From NCBI GenBank assembly GCA_963701095.1, contig OY969564.1, positions 640,001 to 704,000 on the forward strand: 64,000 bases of DNA, in the 5' to 3' direction. The position numbers and the translations under genes are program-made. The notes beneath the pieces are model-generated. The model was given only the letters and a program-made list of their open reading frames with translations. It did not search any database and was not told the DNA's origin. Positions 30,952 through 41,452 of the stretch are shown here, piece by piece. Position 1 is the first letter of the stretch, and each line of letters starts with the position of its first letter. Source of the stretch: an uncultured Methanoregulaceae archaeon (GTDB taxonomy: Archaea; Halobacteriota; Methanomicrobia; Methanomicrobiales; Methanospirillaceae).

Positions 30952-31010
30952 CATTGAATATATTGGTGTTTTACGGGATTATAGCCGAGTATGAATTCGG
31001 CAAAATCGCG
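30952..31010 (-). repeat. 59-bp promoter/leader-like repeat, copy 1
   Basis: Identical to 40665-40723; ends exactly at an ATG on the minus strand. Confidence 0.85.
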
Positions 31011-31037
31011 GGGAAAATGGAAGAATTGGAAAAAAGG

Positions 31038-32114
31038 TTAATGTTCTATGGTTCTCCTGATGAAGAGAACCGTTCCCAATAATCCGATGATCACGATAAC
31101 TGGAATCACTGGCGAGGGAAATTCTGGGATAACCGATGTATAGGAGAATTCGTCAGTAGGCGAAGTTGCAGATGTGCCGTACGGTGTCGTTACCGTAACG
31201 TCTACAACACCGGCAGTTTGGGCCGGGCTCACCGCGGTGATTGATGTATCCCCGTTAAAAGTGAAGGATGTTGCCGGTCTCGTGCCGAACGTTACGGCCG
31301 TTGCCCCGGTAAAGCCGGTGCCGTTGATGGATACTGATGTTCCACCGGCTGTAGGGCCGGAGATCGGTGAAATCGAGGTGACGGTCGGAATTATTAAACT
31401 AGAAGATACGGAAGCTAATTGCCAAATTGCTTGGTTGGGACCCGGTCCATCATTAGGATATCCTTCATACTGTCCCAGTATCAAGTAGAGAGGAGCTGTT
31501 CCTGCATTGACATTATCGAGTGTACCGAGTATATTGTTCCCGTGAGACAGCGTGATGTTCGCCTTCCCGTTTTTATCGACAGTAATTGTGAATGAATAGA
31601 AGATGTTATTTTGGGGATGGGCGTCTAAACAAGTGTCCTGATCATGATATTGAGAATTTCCAGCCCAAATACCCGTGTAACCGCTATTCGGATCAGTGTC
31701 TCCGAAGATTAGTACTTTATTCTGAAGGTCACGACTTACGAGAAATATTGTAAATGGGTTACCCGTTGCGACATTCCCTTCAACCGTTGTCTGAACAGTA
31801 AAAGGAGGAGTGAAATTGTTGTTGGATTGCATACCCGTCATCTGATATAGTCCATTAACACCTCCCATTGTCATACCCGTTTTGCTGAAACTCAATTGAA
31901 GACTAACGAAATTTTCTCCCAAGGATGAAGCTGTATTTTGAAGTACCGGCCCATTCATGGTCCAAAGTTGAGTGTTCAAACTAGTATCATTTGAAAAAAT
32001 ATCGGACACGTTTTTTCCATCAACCGAGACCGGCATACAGATAACGATTAAAAAAACAACAATGGGCAGGATGAATATCATCCTGTTCGTGAAATGCCCG
32101 TTTTGTTTACCCAT
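31038..32114 (-). CDS. Surface protein: beta-sandwich + IPT/TIG + PEF-CTERM
   Basis: Signal peptide; PTVTSISPISGPTAGGTSVSING; tail IPEFPSPVIP-TM-RRTIEH. Confidence 0.85.
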   Translation of the reverse strand: MGKQNGHFTNRMIFILPIVVFLIVICMPVSVDGKNVSDIFSNDTSLNTQLWTMNGPVLQNTASSLGENFVSLQLSFSKTGMTMGGVNGLYQMTGMQSNNNFTPPFTVQTTVEGNVATGNPFTIFLVSRDLQNKVLIFGDTDPNSGYTGIWAGNSQYHDQDTCLDAHPQNNIFYSFTITVDKNGKANITLSHGNNILGTLDNVNAGTAPLYLILGQYEGYPNDGPGPNQAIWQLASVSSSLIIPTVTSISPISGPTAGGTSVSINGTGFTGATAVTFGTRPATSFTFNGDTSITAVSPAQTAGVVDVTVTTPYGTSATSPTDEFSYTSVIPEFPSPVIPVIVIIGLLGTVLFIRRTIEH

Positions 32115-32636
32115 GATTTCTCACACCAGAAATTCTATGAGGATTCGAGTAGAGTCTCTCAAATGCTTTCATCCCAAGAACAGAAAATATGAAATCCTAA
32201 TGAGCGGTCATTGTGGTTATCCAGACAGATAACTAAGAGGCTTAGGATACGCAATAATAATGTAAATGTTATATATAATAACTCGGAAATAGCTCATTTT
32301 TCACGGATGACAAACGATCCGGGGGTTGCTGTTGATACCGGGCTTGCTGCTATACTCGGCGCTGGCACCTACTGTTCAGTTTATGCAAATAAAAGGAAAA
32401 CAATGCTGTTTCATCTACTTTGGTAAATTTTCCACATCTGAAGAGTGAACAAATTAACTGTAAACACAATAAATCTCCTTGAGCCGAATAGTACCACTGT
32501 TCATCTCAAATTTTGTTTTTTGCGTCAACGTCGAAAGGAGATATCAAAGTATTCTTTTTTTTTAATAAAGTTGCAGTAAAAAGGGTTCATCGAACCTTCC
32601 TCCTCGTGTAAATAGCATTTTTTGCTGGTAATTCTA

Positions 32637-32804
32637 TCATACTAAGCGCCTTTCAACTAACGTGAGGATCCCCTCAATGGCTCTGGTACTATCCAGGCAT
32701 GGTTGGGATCCCTCCTTCTCAAGAATTCGGAGAGACCTGCGTATTTCGTCAATTTCCTCCGAAGTGATAAGAACCCACGGGTTTTTATGTGGCATTATTA
32801 TCAT
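32637..32804 (-). CDS. Small hypothetical protein (about 55 aa, below the ORF-track cutoff)
   Basis: MIIMPHKNPWVLITSEEIDEIRRSLRILEKEGSQPCLDSTRAIEGILTLVERRLV*, read by hand downstream of the ABC permease. Confidence 0.5.
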   Translation of the reverse strand: MIIMPHKNPWVLITSEEIDEIRRSLRILEKEGSQPCLDSTRAIEGILTLVERRLV

Positions 32805-32901
32805 CTCTTCCCGGATCTGTTCTCCTACAAACTGGTGCCAGAGATCTACATAGGTAAAACATATCGTTGGTCCTTTGATTTCCTGCAGTTATCATCACGG
32901 A

Positions 32902-34113
32902 TCACTCGTGCCTCAGCGCATCAATCGGGTTAAGGTTAGCCGCCTGCACGGACGGATATACCCCGCAGAGAAGGCAGACGATAATACCAAATCCTACTCC
33001 TTCGACAACTGATGTCATGCTTGCCACCGTGAAGAGATACTTCGTAGTGCCAAGAAACAGAGCACTTACCAAATATCCGGCAAGGATACAGAGAATCCCC
33101 CCGATCAAGCTCCCCATCACACCGATGATAGCAGCTTCGTAGACAAACATGCTCATAACTTCCCTTTTTTGTGTGCCAATACTACGCATGATTCCGATCT
33201 CTTTGATCCTTTCGTTGACCGACATGATCATGATGTTAAAGATGGAAACACCCGCGACGATCATTGAGATACCCCCTATGGCCTCGACAAATGTCGTGAC
33301 CGAACTAAAGGTCGAATAGACGGTGGCAAGTGTTGCCTTGCTGTCCGTCACAGAAACAGTCTTATCCCTGGTGTTCCGGTTGAGCTGATTCTCAATGGTC
33401 GTTGTTACAGCCGCCGTAGTGCCGCTGGTGACCTTGACGACCACTTCATTATATTCACCCTGCTCATTGTAGGTACTCTCAAACCAATCTTGCGTCACGA
33501 CAATTGCACTATCGGTGCTGATATCAAAGCTCATTCCCCGTTCCACGATAATACCGGTCACTCTGAGCGTGCCGTATTGCCCATCGGTTCCGATAGAAAT
33601 GCGCGAACCGACCTTGATATTATGATCCGATGCAAATGTCGAACCTACCAGACAGCCGGAGTTTGCATTGTTGTAACCCCCTGCTTGGAGATTGGGTAAG
33701 AGAACGGATTCATCATCTGTCGGGATGCCGTAAATGGTCGCCACGATATCGTTGCTTCCGACACCCACTTGCATATGTTCGGATGTTGAAAGAACAGGAA
33801 TCGCCACGTTCGGGGCAACTACCCGTTTGATCAGCTGGAAATTTTGATCGGTAAGCATCAGGTTTGCAGAGCTTGAACCTCCACCGCCTCCGCTTGGGCC
33901 CATGCCTCCCCCTCCTCCGCTATATGGAGTGACAATTACCGAGTCCCCCACAGACGAGAGACTCGAGCTGATCTCCTGTGTAATACTATTTCCAAGGACA
34001 CCCATAGCACCGATGGCGACGACACCGATAATTATACCGAGCATTGCCAAAGTCGAACGGAGCATGTGGATCCGAATATTTCGTTTGGAGATCTCCCAGA
34101 ATATCGTATTCAT
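32902..34113 (-). CDS. ABC transporter permease (MacB-like)
   Basis: RSTLAMLGIIIGV, SVNERIKEIGIMRSIG, AANLNPIDALRHE. Confidence 0.94.
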   Translation of the reverse strand: MNTIFWEISKRNIRIHMLRSTLAMLGIIIGVVAIGAMGVLGNSITQEISSSLSSVGDSVIVTPYSGGGGGMGPSGGGGGSSSANLMLTDQNFQLIKRVVAPNVAIPVLSTSEHMQVGVGSNDIVATIYGIPTDDESVLLPNLQAGGYNNANSGCLVGSTFASDHNIKVGSRISIGTDGQYGTLRVTGIIVERGMSFDISTDSAIVVTQDWFESTYNEQGEYNEVVVKVTSGTTAAVTTTIENQLNRNTRDKTVSVTDSKATLATVYSTFSSVTTFVEAIGGISMIVAGVSIFNIMIMSVNERIKEIGIMRSIGTQKREVMSMFVYEAAIIGVMGSLIGGILCILAGYLVSALFLGTTKYLFTVASMTSVVEGVGFGIIVCLLCGVYPSVQAANLNPIDALRHE

Positions 34114-34781
34114 GCTGCAATTCTCCCGTCAACGATCCTGATGATCCGATTGGTATATTCAGCAACGAGGGGATCGTGAGTAACAACGATGACGGTTGAG
34201 CCCTTCCTGTTCAGTTCCGTCAGGAGTTCCATGATACTCGCGCCGGTCTTTGAATCGAGATTTCCCGTCGGTTCATCGCACAGCAGGATATCGGGATCAT
34301 TGATAAGCGCCCGTGCAACCGCAACACGCTGTTGCTGTCCCCCCGAAAGTTCGAGGGGAGTGTGTGAGAAGAGATTTTCATCGAGCTGGACTGCACGAAG
34401 CACTTCCCGCGCCTTGTCCTCATTAACTCCTTTACCGGATTTGAGCATCTGGGGAAAGCTGACATTCTCGATGATGTTGAGCAGGGGAAAGAGGTTGAAG
34501 TACTGGAAAATGAACCCGATACGATCCCGTCTCAGGTTCGTGAGTTCGATATCGCTCATATCGCCGACTCCTATCCCACTTATGAAGATATCACCGGTGG
34601 TTGGTGTATCAAGGCATCCCATCAGGTTCAGCAGTGTTGACTTGCCGGATCCCGATGGCCCCATGATCGATATGAACTCCCCCCGTTCCACTTCAAATGA
34701 GACGTGGTTAAGGGCAGTCACATCTCCGGCCTTGAGCGGATAGATTTTAACCACGTCGGAAAACTGGATGACCGGTTGCAT
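34110..34781 (-). CDS. ABC transporter ATP-binding protein (MacB/LolD-type)
   Basis: [29 protein letters not shown]. Confidence 0.95.
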   Translation of the reverse strand: MQPVIQFSDVVKIYPLKAGDVTALNHVSFEVERGEFISIMGPSGSGKSTLLNLMGCLDTPTTGDIFISGIGVGDMSDIELTNLRRDRIGFIFQYFNLFPLLNIIENVSFPQMLKSGKGVNEDKAREVLRAVQLDENLFSHTPLELSGGQQQRVAVARALINDPDILLCDEPTGNLDSKTGASIMELLTELNRKGSTVIVVTHDPLVAEYTNRIIRIVDGRIAA

Positions 34782-34797
34782 GATGCACCGTCCTCCT

Positions 34798-36060
34798 TTA
34801 CTGTTTCTTTCGCTTCTTCATGTAGAGATACCCGCCTGTACCAAGCACAATTATAATGACAATAATCAGTAACGGAAGCATGCTTGGTTGTGAACCAGTC
34901 TGAGTTGTAGCCTTTGTTAGGTCGATATTCTGGACGGAGGTGATAATATTGCCATTACTGTCTCTGAAAGATTGCTGGAGGGGTACGCTTGTCGTGCCTT
35001 CAGGCACCGTAAAGGTGAGCTCGAAACTGCCGAAGTCATCCGGTTTGAGTGCACCGATAACATAATTCACGTCAGGTTCCTGCGGCACTGCGGGAGAAAG
35101 TGATGTGACCGTGACACCATTTGCGTTCGAGAGACCGGCATTGGTTAAATCTCCGGTGAGGTCGTAAGTCCCGTTGTTGAATGCGATAACAATATTGCTC
35201 ATCACCGGATCGGCCTGCACTTTGTCGGTTGTAAACAGGATCGGCAGAGTGGTATTGATCGTATGGTCGTTGTCCCCGTTCCCGTAATCGACCTGCATGG
35301 AAAGTGAAGTGGGGGAATCCGGTGTAACAGTAAAATTGACCAACGTACTGGTCCCGGCAGGCAGATACCCGATATATGTCTTCGAAGGCGTAAGGGTGGC
35401 ATCGTTCCCGGTAACATCAAAGATGACATTTTTCACATCGTTATCACGGGGATTTGAGATTTGAACACTGATAGTCGCTTTAACTCCTTGGTTGAATGAA
35501 TCCGGCTGGTTAGCAATGGTCATTACAAGGGGTGTATTGTCCACCTTGACCGGTGTTTTTGAATACATTCCATTCCCGGCGACAAAGTTCAAAGAGAATG
35601 AAGGATAGTAGGTACTCGCAGATTTATCCGTTTTAATAGAGAATACAAACGACTGGGTCTGGAGAGGCCCAATGTTGACATTGGTGTCATACGTGCCGCT
35701 GATAAGGTGGATATCGTCATCACCGAAGGTAGCATGGTTGACCATGACGCTTTGGTTTGCATTCCCGTTGGTGACGTAAAACGTTGCAGTTGCAGTATCC
35801 CCGGTAAAGAGGACTGCCGGATCGAGCGTATAGTTTGATAAATATACGTTGTTTGCAGCCTGAACAGCATCAGTTATGGCGTCAGCATTTGCCGGAAGAA
35901 TCAAAAATCCCATGGCCAGGAAAAGAAACACGAGCACCACGTATGCGGAACGCGGCATCCGAGCGAAAATGCTTTTCCTTGCTCCTGAATGAGCCGGCCT
36001 GTGGTCTGCTAAAAAATTCCGATTATCCGGATATGATGGTAGATATTTCATTCTGAACAT
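34798..36060 (-). CDS. COG1361 S-layer-like protein with C-terminal TM
   Basis: Hydrophobic signal, Ig-like segments, IGALKPDDFGSFELTF, TM followed by KKRKKQ. The start position is uncertain. Confidence 0.82.
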   Translation of the reverse strand: MFRMKYLPSYPDNRNFLADHRPAHSGARKSIFARMPRSAYVVLVFLFLAMGFLILPANADAITDAVQAANNVYLSNYTLDPAVLFTGDTATATFYVTNGNANQSVMVNHATFGDDDIHLISGTYDTNVNIGPLQTQSFVFSIKTDKSASTYYPSFSLNFVAGNGMYSKTPVKVDNTPLVMTIANQPDSFNQGVKATISVQISNPRDNDVKNVIFDVTGNDATLTPSKTYIGYLPAGTSTLVNFTVTPDSPTSLSMQVDYGNGDNDHTINTTLPILFTTDKVQADPVMSNIVIAFNNGTYDLTGDLTNAGLSNANGVTVTSLSPAVPQEPDVNYVIGALKPDDFGSFELTFTVPEGTTSVPLQQSFRDSNGNIITSVQNIDLTKATTQTGSQPSMLPLLIIVIIIVLGTGGYLYMKKRKKQ

Positions 36061-36078
36061 TCGCAATTCCCCAAATGA

Positions 36079-36167
36079 GTAGTAAAATATTTTACTACAA
36101 TTTTTACATGAGTTTGACCCAGGACTTATAAAAAAGTATTCATCGTAGTAGTTAAATTATTAACAAC
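36079..36167. promoter_or_regulatory. Divergent promoter with two operator-like palindromes
   Basis: Perfect palindrome GTAGTAAAATATTTTACTAC (36079-36098) and a 15/20 copy GTAGTTAAATTATTAACAAC (36148-36167) flank TTATAAAA (about 36126). Confidence 0.7.
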
Positions 36168-36187
36168 TCCGTGAACACTATATTCAT

Positions 36188-37018
36188 ATGGAAAGCATCC
36201 CCGCATCTCTCGTAAAATCGCTCAATAATCTCGGGTTGTCCAATAATGAAGCGAATGTTTATGCCGCGCTGGTCATGTTCGATAATGCAGATGCAAAAGA
36301 TCTTATTGAATATCTCTCTATCTCAAAGCCAAGCGTATACGAGGCTCTGGATCACCTGGCGGAAATGGGACTTGCGGTAAAAAGAATCACCAAACCGGCA
36401 CGATATAGCGCGGTTTCACCTCACATGGCCATTGACCTGCTCATGGGCAACCATAAAAAGTCAGCCAAACTGGCACTGGAAAAACTGGAAAAACTGGAAC
36501 TGGAAAAGGTGCGCACCGATAAGGAGGAGGCTCTCTGGACCATATATGGAGATAAGAGCGTCGAATATAAGTTTCGTGACCTTTTCGGTAAGGCAAAAAA
36601 TCATATCCGGTGCATGATCGGTGAGCGATACCTTCCGTTGGTTGAAAATATACAAATTAAGGATATTTCCCTGTCGCTTATCGTAATATCTGATGCTCCG
36701 GGTCTTGAGAAAAAATTGCGGGCTCAGTTCCCGGGAAAGAACGCGGATATCCATGTGATCACTTCGAAAAAGTTTGCTACTCCCCCACCCTTTGCTCCTC
36801 CGGAATTTGAAGAGCTCCATAAACTGATGAGAGTCGAAAACACGCTGGAACTGATTGTTGATGATGAGGAACTTCTCATGATCCCGCCGTTTTACTCTGA
36901 CACGGTTTCAGTCCTCAATACCCGGAACAAGGGGGCCGTTCTCCAGTTGAAACTCTTCAGCCAGTTTAATTTGAAGCGATTTACTGATGGAATGGATTTT
37001 TCACCGACTGCTCAGTAG
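36188..37018 (+). CDS. TrmB-family transcriptional regulator
   Basis: LNNLGLSNNEANVYAAL...ISKPSVYEALDHLAEMGL...PARYSAVSP, LWTIYG. Confidence 0.9.
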   Translation: MESIPASLVKSLNNLGLSNNEANVYAALVMFDNADAKDLIEYLSISKPSVYEALDHLAEMGLAVKRITKPARYSAVSPHMAIDLLMGNHKKSAKLALEKLEKLELEKVRTDKEEALWTIYGDKSVEYKFRDLFGKAKNHIRCMIGERYLPLVENIQIKDISLSLIVISDAPGLEKKLRAQFPGKNADIHVITSKKFATPPPFAPPEFEELHKLMRVENTLELIVDDEELLMIPPFYSDTVSVLNTRNKGAVLQLKLFSQFNLKRFTDGMDFSPTAQ

Positions 37019-37803
37019 GTGCAGGTGGCGGTGCCATCTCCGTCCCTTCCGGCTCGGCAACTATAACCTCTTCTATATTCACCAATTGCTCGGCAGGTGG
37101 GGGCGGCGCTATCTTTTCAAACAACGCGATAACCATAACCTCTTCGACATTCACCGACTGCTCGGCATACTTCGGCGGCGCCATCGCTACCGGCCCGGCA
37201 ACCATGACCTCCTCGACATTTACCGGGTGCTCAGCAATAGAAGGCGGCGCCATCTTTAATGACGGCGGCACTATGCATTTTTGTCGGATTTATAACGATA
37301 CCGGAATAGCGGTATATAATAACGGTGTCTATTCATTCGATGCATCAGACAACTGGTGGGGCAGCAACAGCGATCCCTCTAGATACACGAGCGGAAACGT
37401 CATCAGCAGTCCATGGTTGGTGCTCGGTGTGATGGCGTCCCCATCCACCATCAACCCTACACAGACCTCTACAATCTCGGCAAACCTGACGGACAATTCC
37501 GCCAGAAACACGCTTTTTGGGACCTATGTTCCCGACAATATCCCGGTCTCTTTTTCAAGTACCGGCGGTACTGTTAATCCCTCAAAGGGTTCGACCCAAA
37601 ACGGTGTGTCCAAGACGACCTTCACACCCTCATCAACCGGTACCGCCTCTGTCACCGCGTCCGTTGACGGTCAGAGCATGACAGCGCCGGTCACGGTGAT
37701 TTCGGGGGGTCTGCCCGAATTTCCCTCTCCTGTGATACCAGCGATTCTAATCATCGGATTGCTGGGAACGGTTCTGTTCATCCGGCGAATCCGAGAATAC
37801 TAA
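37000..37803 (+). pseudogene. 5'-truncated surface protein gene (GGAI/FxxC polymorphic repeats, Ig-like domain, PEF-CTERM)
   Basis: The frame is open from about 37000 (FTDCSVGAGGGAIS...FTNCSAGGGGAIF...), then DASDNWWGSN and LPEFPSPVIP-TM-RRIREY. No start or signal peptide; it overlaps the trmB end. Confidence 0.8.
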
Positions 37804-37875
37804 CTTTTTTTTAATCAATCTTTCTCCGTATGACCGCGTTTTAGATTATGAAAAAAGTGAATTAAGATCAAATTA

Positions 37876-38042
37876 TCATTTTCCCGCTTGGCCTTCCCGG
37901 GCGGTACCCTCTCTGCCTCTGGTAACAGACTCTCCCCACCCGGAACCACAACCGCCATTCACCCCATAATATACTCGCTGGCATAAGGCTCGTCTGCCTC
38001 AAAAAGAGCATGGACTTTAACCACGCTTCCATCAGCGAGGAC
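37876..38042 (-). repeat. Gene-3'-end repeat, copy 2 (full length)
   Basis: Encodes VLADGSVVKVHALFEADEPYASEYIMG*MAVVVPGGESLLP...RPGRPSGK with an internal stop and indels. Confidence 0.9.
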
Positions 38043-38134
38043 AAGTGTATTCTTAAAGTCCTGAGAACGGGATAGAACTTTTTTATCGAAAAACTCATAA
38101 TCTAAGAATCTTATATTCTAAGTTGTGAGTGCAT

Positions 38135-38350
38135 ATGTCTGATACGACACTTATCAAGGTCTCGTCAAAGGGACTCGTCACCCTCCCGAAAAAGATCCGG
38201 TCAAAACTCGGCATCAATGACGGCGATTATCTGGCGATATCTTCGAATAAAGACCAGATTATCTTCCGGAAAGCGAAGATCGAAATCGATTATGAAAACC
38301 CGGATGATGCATGGAAGGAGTACTCAAAGAAAAGGTTAGCACATGACTGA
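38135..38350 (+). CDS. AbrB/MazE-family antitoxin, copy 1
   Basis: KVSSKGLVTLPKKIRSKLGINDGDYL. Confidence 0.9.
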   Translation: MSDTTLIKVSSKGLVTLPKKIRSKLGINDGDYLAISSNKDQIIFRKAKIEIDYENPDDAWKEYSKKRLAHD

Positions 38351-38694
38351 ACCGGCACAGGGATCCATTGTCCTTGTGGATTTTTCCTATTCCGACCAGG
38401 TCCAGTCCAAAATGCGTCCGGGCGCTTGTCGTGAGTAACTCCCGGTATAACAGGATCTCCCGTGATGTAATTGTCATGAAAATCACCTCCAGAAAGCCAA
38501 AACTCATGGAGGTCAGTTTGAAAAACGATGATCTTCTGGCCGGATCGTTGGATCATCCCAGCTACGTTCAGGCTGATGGGATCTATGCTCTGGAAAAAGA
38601 ACTCATCTGCAAATCCATCGGTGTTGTTCGGCCAGAGAAGATGCAGGAAATCAGGGGCCTGGTTTTGGATCTCTTCTCTCCTGACAGGGAGTAA
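38343..38694 (+). CDS. mazF: PemK/MazF-family toxin, copy 1; +1 frameshift at about 38420
   Basis: QGSIVLVDFSYSDQVQSKMRP / ALVVSN...DVIVMKITS. One extra G relative to the intact copy at 46048. Confidence 0.85.
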
Positions 38695-38729
38695 TTTTCC
38701 CGGAGAAAAAGCGGTAATGTGTCCTCTAT

Positions 38730-38857
38730 TCATCCGGTAACACATTATCCTCACCCGGTACCGCAACCGCAATCCTTCCCTTGATATACTCACTCGCGTA
38801 AGGCCCATCCGCTTCAAAAAGAGCGTGGGATTTAACCACGCTGCCATCAGCGAGGAC
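38730..38857 (-). repeat. Gene-3'-end repeat, copy 3
   Basis: VLADGSVVKSHALFEADGPYASEYIKGRIAVAVPGEDNVLPDE. Confidence 0.9.
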
Positions 38858-38936
38858 GGAAGTCACCAACACAACAGCACGTAAGTTGCAAAGGTTAATA
38901 ATTCGCTCCGACAAGTGAGTCTTCCGGGACGGTATT

Positions 38937-39548
38937 ATGAGGAAGATAATTGTTCTTTCGTTTGTAACGCTTGATGGCGTTATGCAAGCTCCGGGAGGAC
39001 CGGAGGAAGATCCATCCGGAGGCTTTCGGTACGGGGGCTGGATGGTACCCTATGGCGATGAATTCATGGGAAAAGAGATGATCCGTCAGGTGAGCAGGCC
39101 GTTCGATTTACTCCTCGGGAGAAAGACCTATGAGATTTTTGCAGCGTACTGGCCGAACGCGACAAACCCCAGTGATCCCATAGCCGTGGGATTTAACCAT
39201 GCAACGAAGTACGTTGTCTCAAAAACCCTGACAGCACCCGGATGGAACAAGTCTGTTGTTATCAGCGGGGATGTGGTCGAGGAGATCAAACGGCTCAAGG
39301 AACGCGACGGACCTCAGTTGCAGGTTCACGGAAGCGGAAACCTCATCCAGACACTCATGAAACATGACTTAGTCGATGAATTGTGGCTGAAAATATTTCC
39401 CATCACGCTTGGCCCGGGAAAGCGCCTGTTTGCTGACGGCACTATCCCCGCAGCATTCAAACTGCAGGAATGCAAGACCTCTCCGAGCGGGGTTATCATC
39501 GCTTCGTACCAACGTGCGGGAGAGGTAACCACGGGATCTTTTGTCTAG
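38937..39548 (+). CDS. Dihydrofolate reductase-like (RibD C-terminal domain) protein
   Basis: SFVTLDGVMQAPGGPEED, LLLGRKTYEIF, VHGSGNLIQTL, LVDELWL, GPGKRLF. Confidence 0.9.
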   Translation: MRKIIVLSFVTLDGVMQAPGGPEEDPSGGFRYGGWMVPYGDEFMGKEMIRQVSRPFDLLLGRKTYEIFAAYWPNATNPSDPIAVGFNHATKYVVSKTLTAPGWNKSVVISGDVVEEIKRLKERDGPQLQVHGSGNLIQTLMKHDLVDELWLKIFPITLGPGKRLFADGTIPAAFKLQECKTSPSGVIIASYQRAGEVTTGSFV

Positions 39549-39608
39549 AGGTGTGAAGAGCGTTCGTCTCCCGATCCATTTCCTTCAACTATAATTTTTC
39601 AGTTACTG

Positions 39609-39638
39609 TCACCTTTTCCCGCTTGGCCTTCCCGGGCG
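39609..39638 (-). repeat. Gene-3'-end repeat, copy 4 (terminal 30 bp)
   Basis: tcaccttttcccgcttggccttcccgggcg = RPGRPSGKR*. Confidence 0.8.
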
Positions 39639-39839
39639 TGCCGGTTCTGATAGGTTGACAGGACTTCGTGAGAAAATTCAATTAAAAATGAATTATTTCA
39701 ACGTATTGAATTGGAAAAATTATCAGAGGTCCCGGGAAGTTATCAGCTCCTTTGATTGAATAGTTTCAACGAGGTGAAATATTCGTTCATCAACCTCAGG
39801 CGCTAAACAGATCCAATAATCATCGTCTTTGCTGTTGCT

Positions 39840-40451
39840 TTAGGGAATTTTAAAGAAAACCTTCTTTTCCCGGACATCATGGCAATAGCGACATTCGGTA
39901 GAGCATTTTTCAGCCTGGTAAACAGCATCTCCGTCGCGAACTTTTCCTGCTTGCTTTTCGAATAGAGCGAAATCTCTTCCACAATGCTCACACCGTGACA
40001 TACAATAGTAAATGAGTGAATCCAAAACCACGATGAAAATTGCCAATGCAATAAGCCCGAGGATTAAAATTTCTATGCCATATTTGGGAAATCTCGGTAG
40101 TAATCCAATAAAGGTCGATCGCGTAAATTGATTCGGGGGTATGTTAATGATAGATGCAATACCTATGGGAATTACCAAAAAGAACGAAATGAATGCTATC
40201 AAATCAATGATAATACTCCCTTTAAAACCGACTACACTCATTAAAACTTTTGCAATAACTTCAATATTTGAGGGATCCGCAGGTGCAGTTTCAAATTCCC
40301 GTGATGTATCCTGGATGGAACAGGTATTCTGCTCGATTTTTGATCCATGACCAATTACCGCCTCGTTCTTAAATGTAGTGCCATTGCCGGTTTTTATGGA
40401 ATGATCGTCAATGATATTATTTTGAGGATCCTTATTTTTCAAGATTTGCAC
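39840..40451 (-). CDS. AT-rich hypothetical membrane protein with C-terminal zinc ribbon
   Basis: Two TMs, then CEHCG...CRYC; GGAGG RBS before a GTG start. Confidence 0.65.
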   Translation of the reverse strand: MQILKNKDPQNNIIDDHSIKTGNGTTFKNEAVIGHGSKIEQNTCSIQDTSREFETAPADPSNIEVIAKVLMSVVGFKGSIIIDLIAFISFFLVIPIGIASIINIPPNQFTRSTFIGLLPRFPKYGIEILILGLIALAIFIVVLDSLIYYCMSRCEHCGRDFALFEKQAGKVRDGDAVYQAEKCSTECRYCHDVREKKVFFKIP

Positions 40452-40664
40452 CCCCTCCTATGACACCATCTATCCCGAATATATTTTCGTTTGCAAAAGT
40501 AATACTATCGTCCTGAACACAGAAAAACAGGGTTCTGTCACGTCTTCAGGTAGTTGCATCAAGCCTTCGTCGAGGAAAATATGTCGCCAGTCACGGACTT
40601 AACCGAGCCCCGCCCTGCATTCCGGAAGCATTCAGGTTAACCTGACGGTGTTAGCGCCTGCTTC

Positions 40665-40723
40665 CATTGAATATATTGGTGTTTTACGGGATTATAGCCG
40701 AGTATGAATTCGGCAAAATCGCG
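40665..40723 (-). repeat. 59-bp promoter/leader-like repeat, copy 2
   Basis: Identical to 30952-31010. Confidence 0.85.
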
Positions 40724-40775
40724 CAGATAATGAAAGGATTGGGAAAAAAGTGGCGAGCAGCGCCAGAAAATTTCA

Positions 40776-41452
40776 TTACCAGATAAAGGGAATAAGCCGA
40801 TAGTGGACATTCTGTGTATACTCGCGGTAGCCTTCCACTCCTTGGCTAGCATCTTTTCTTCCCCAATTATCCTTGCCATCAAAAGAACCATAAGAACAAG
40901 ACCTACAAGCACACCAAAGGATGAACTTAAAAGCAGCGGTGCCCCGATCATCATCAGGATTGCGCCAAGGTACATTGGATGCCTGACAAACCTATAAACA
41001 CCGGTCGATATAACCTGCTGCTTCCGGTCGTTCTGGATTCTTACCAGGGGTGAGAGGAATGAATTATCGGCAAATGACCGGAAGAACAGTATGAAGGATC
41101 CGACCAACCCGGCTCCTCCAAGGAGATTCAGCCAGACAGGGAATGCGGGAGACCAGCCAAACCGTTTTGCATCAAGTGGCATAATGACAATCCAGAGCGT
41201 AAACCCGGTTATGAGTCCGTAGACAACGTACCGGTCCCAACCTTCCTGATTGCCGGTACCAGGTTTCTTATATCTTTCTTCCAACAGCGCCGGGTTTTTC
41301 CGGTACAAGGAGAGGATCGTCGAAAAACAGAGAACAATAAACCAGATGCAAAAAACCCAACCTGCAATCCAGAGAAGATCTCCAGAAAGTACGAGGATGA
41401 GAGCAGGAAACAGAAGAATATACAGAAATGTGAAGACGGTCTTCTTCTCCAT
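40776..41452 (-). CDS. Isoprenylcysteine carboxyl methyltransferase (ICMT/PEMT) family; frameshift near 40838
   Basis: VISTGVYRFVRHPMYLG, RIIGEEKML; the true end EGYREYTQNVHYRLIPFIW* is in the adjacent frame. Confidence 0.87.

Noticed and set aside
38937..39548. Trimethoprim-resistance dfr gene
   Set aside because: The sequence matches the broader RibD-C/DHFR-like family (LDGVMQAPGGPEED), not canonical DfrA motifs; resistance cannot be inferred.
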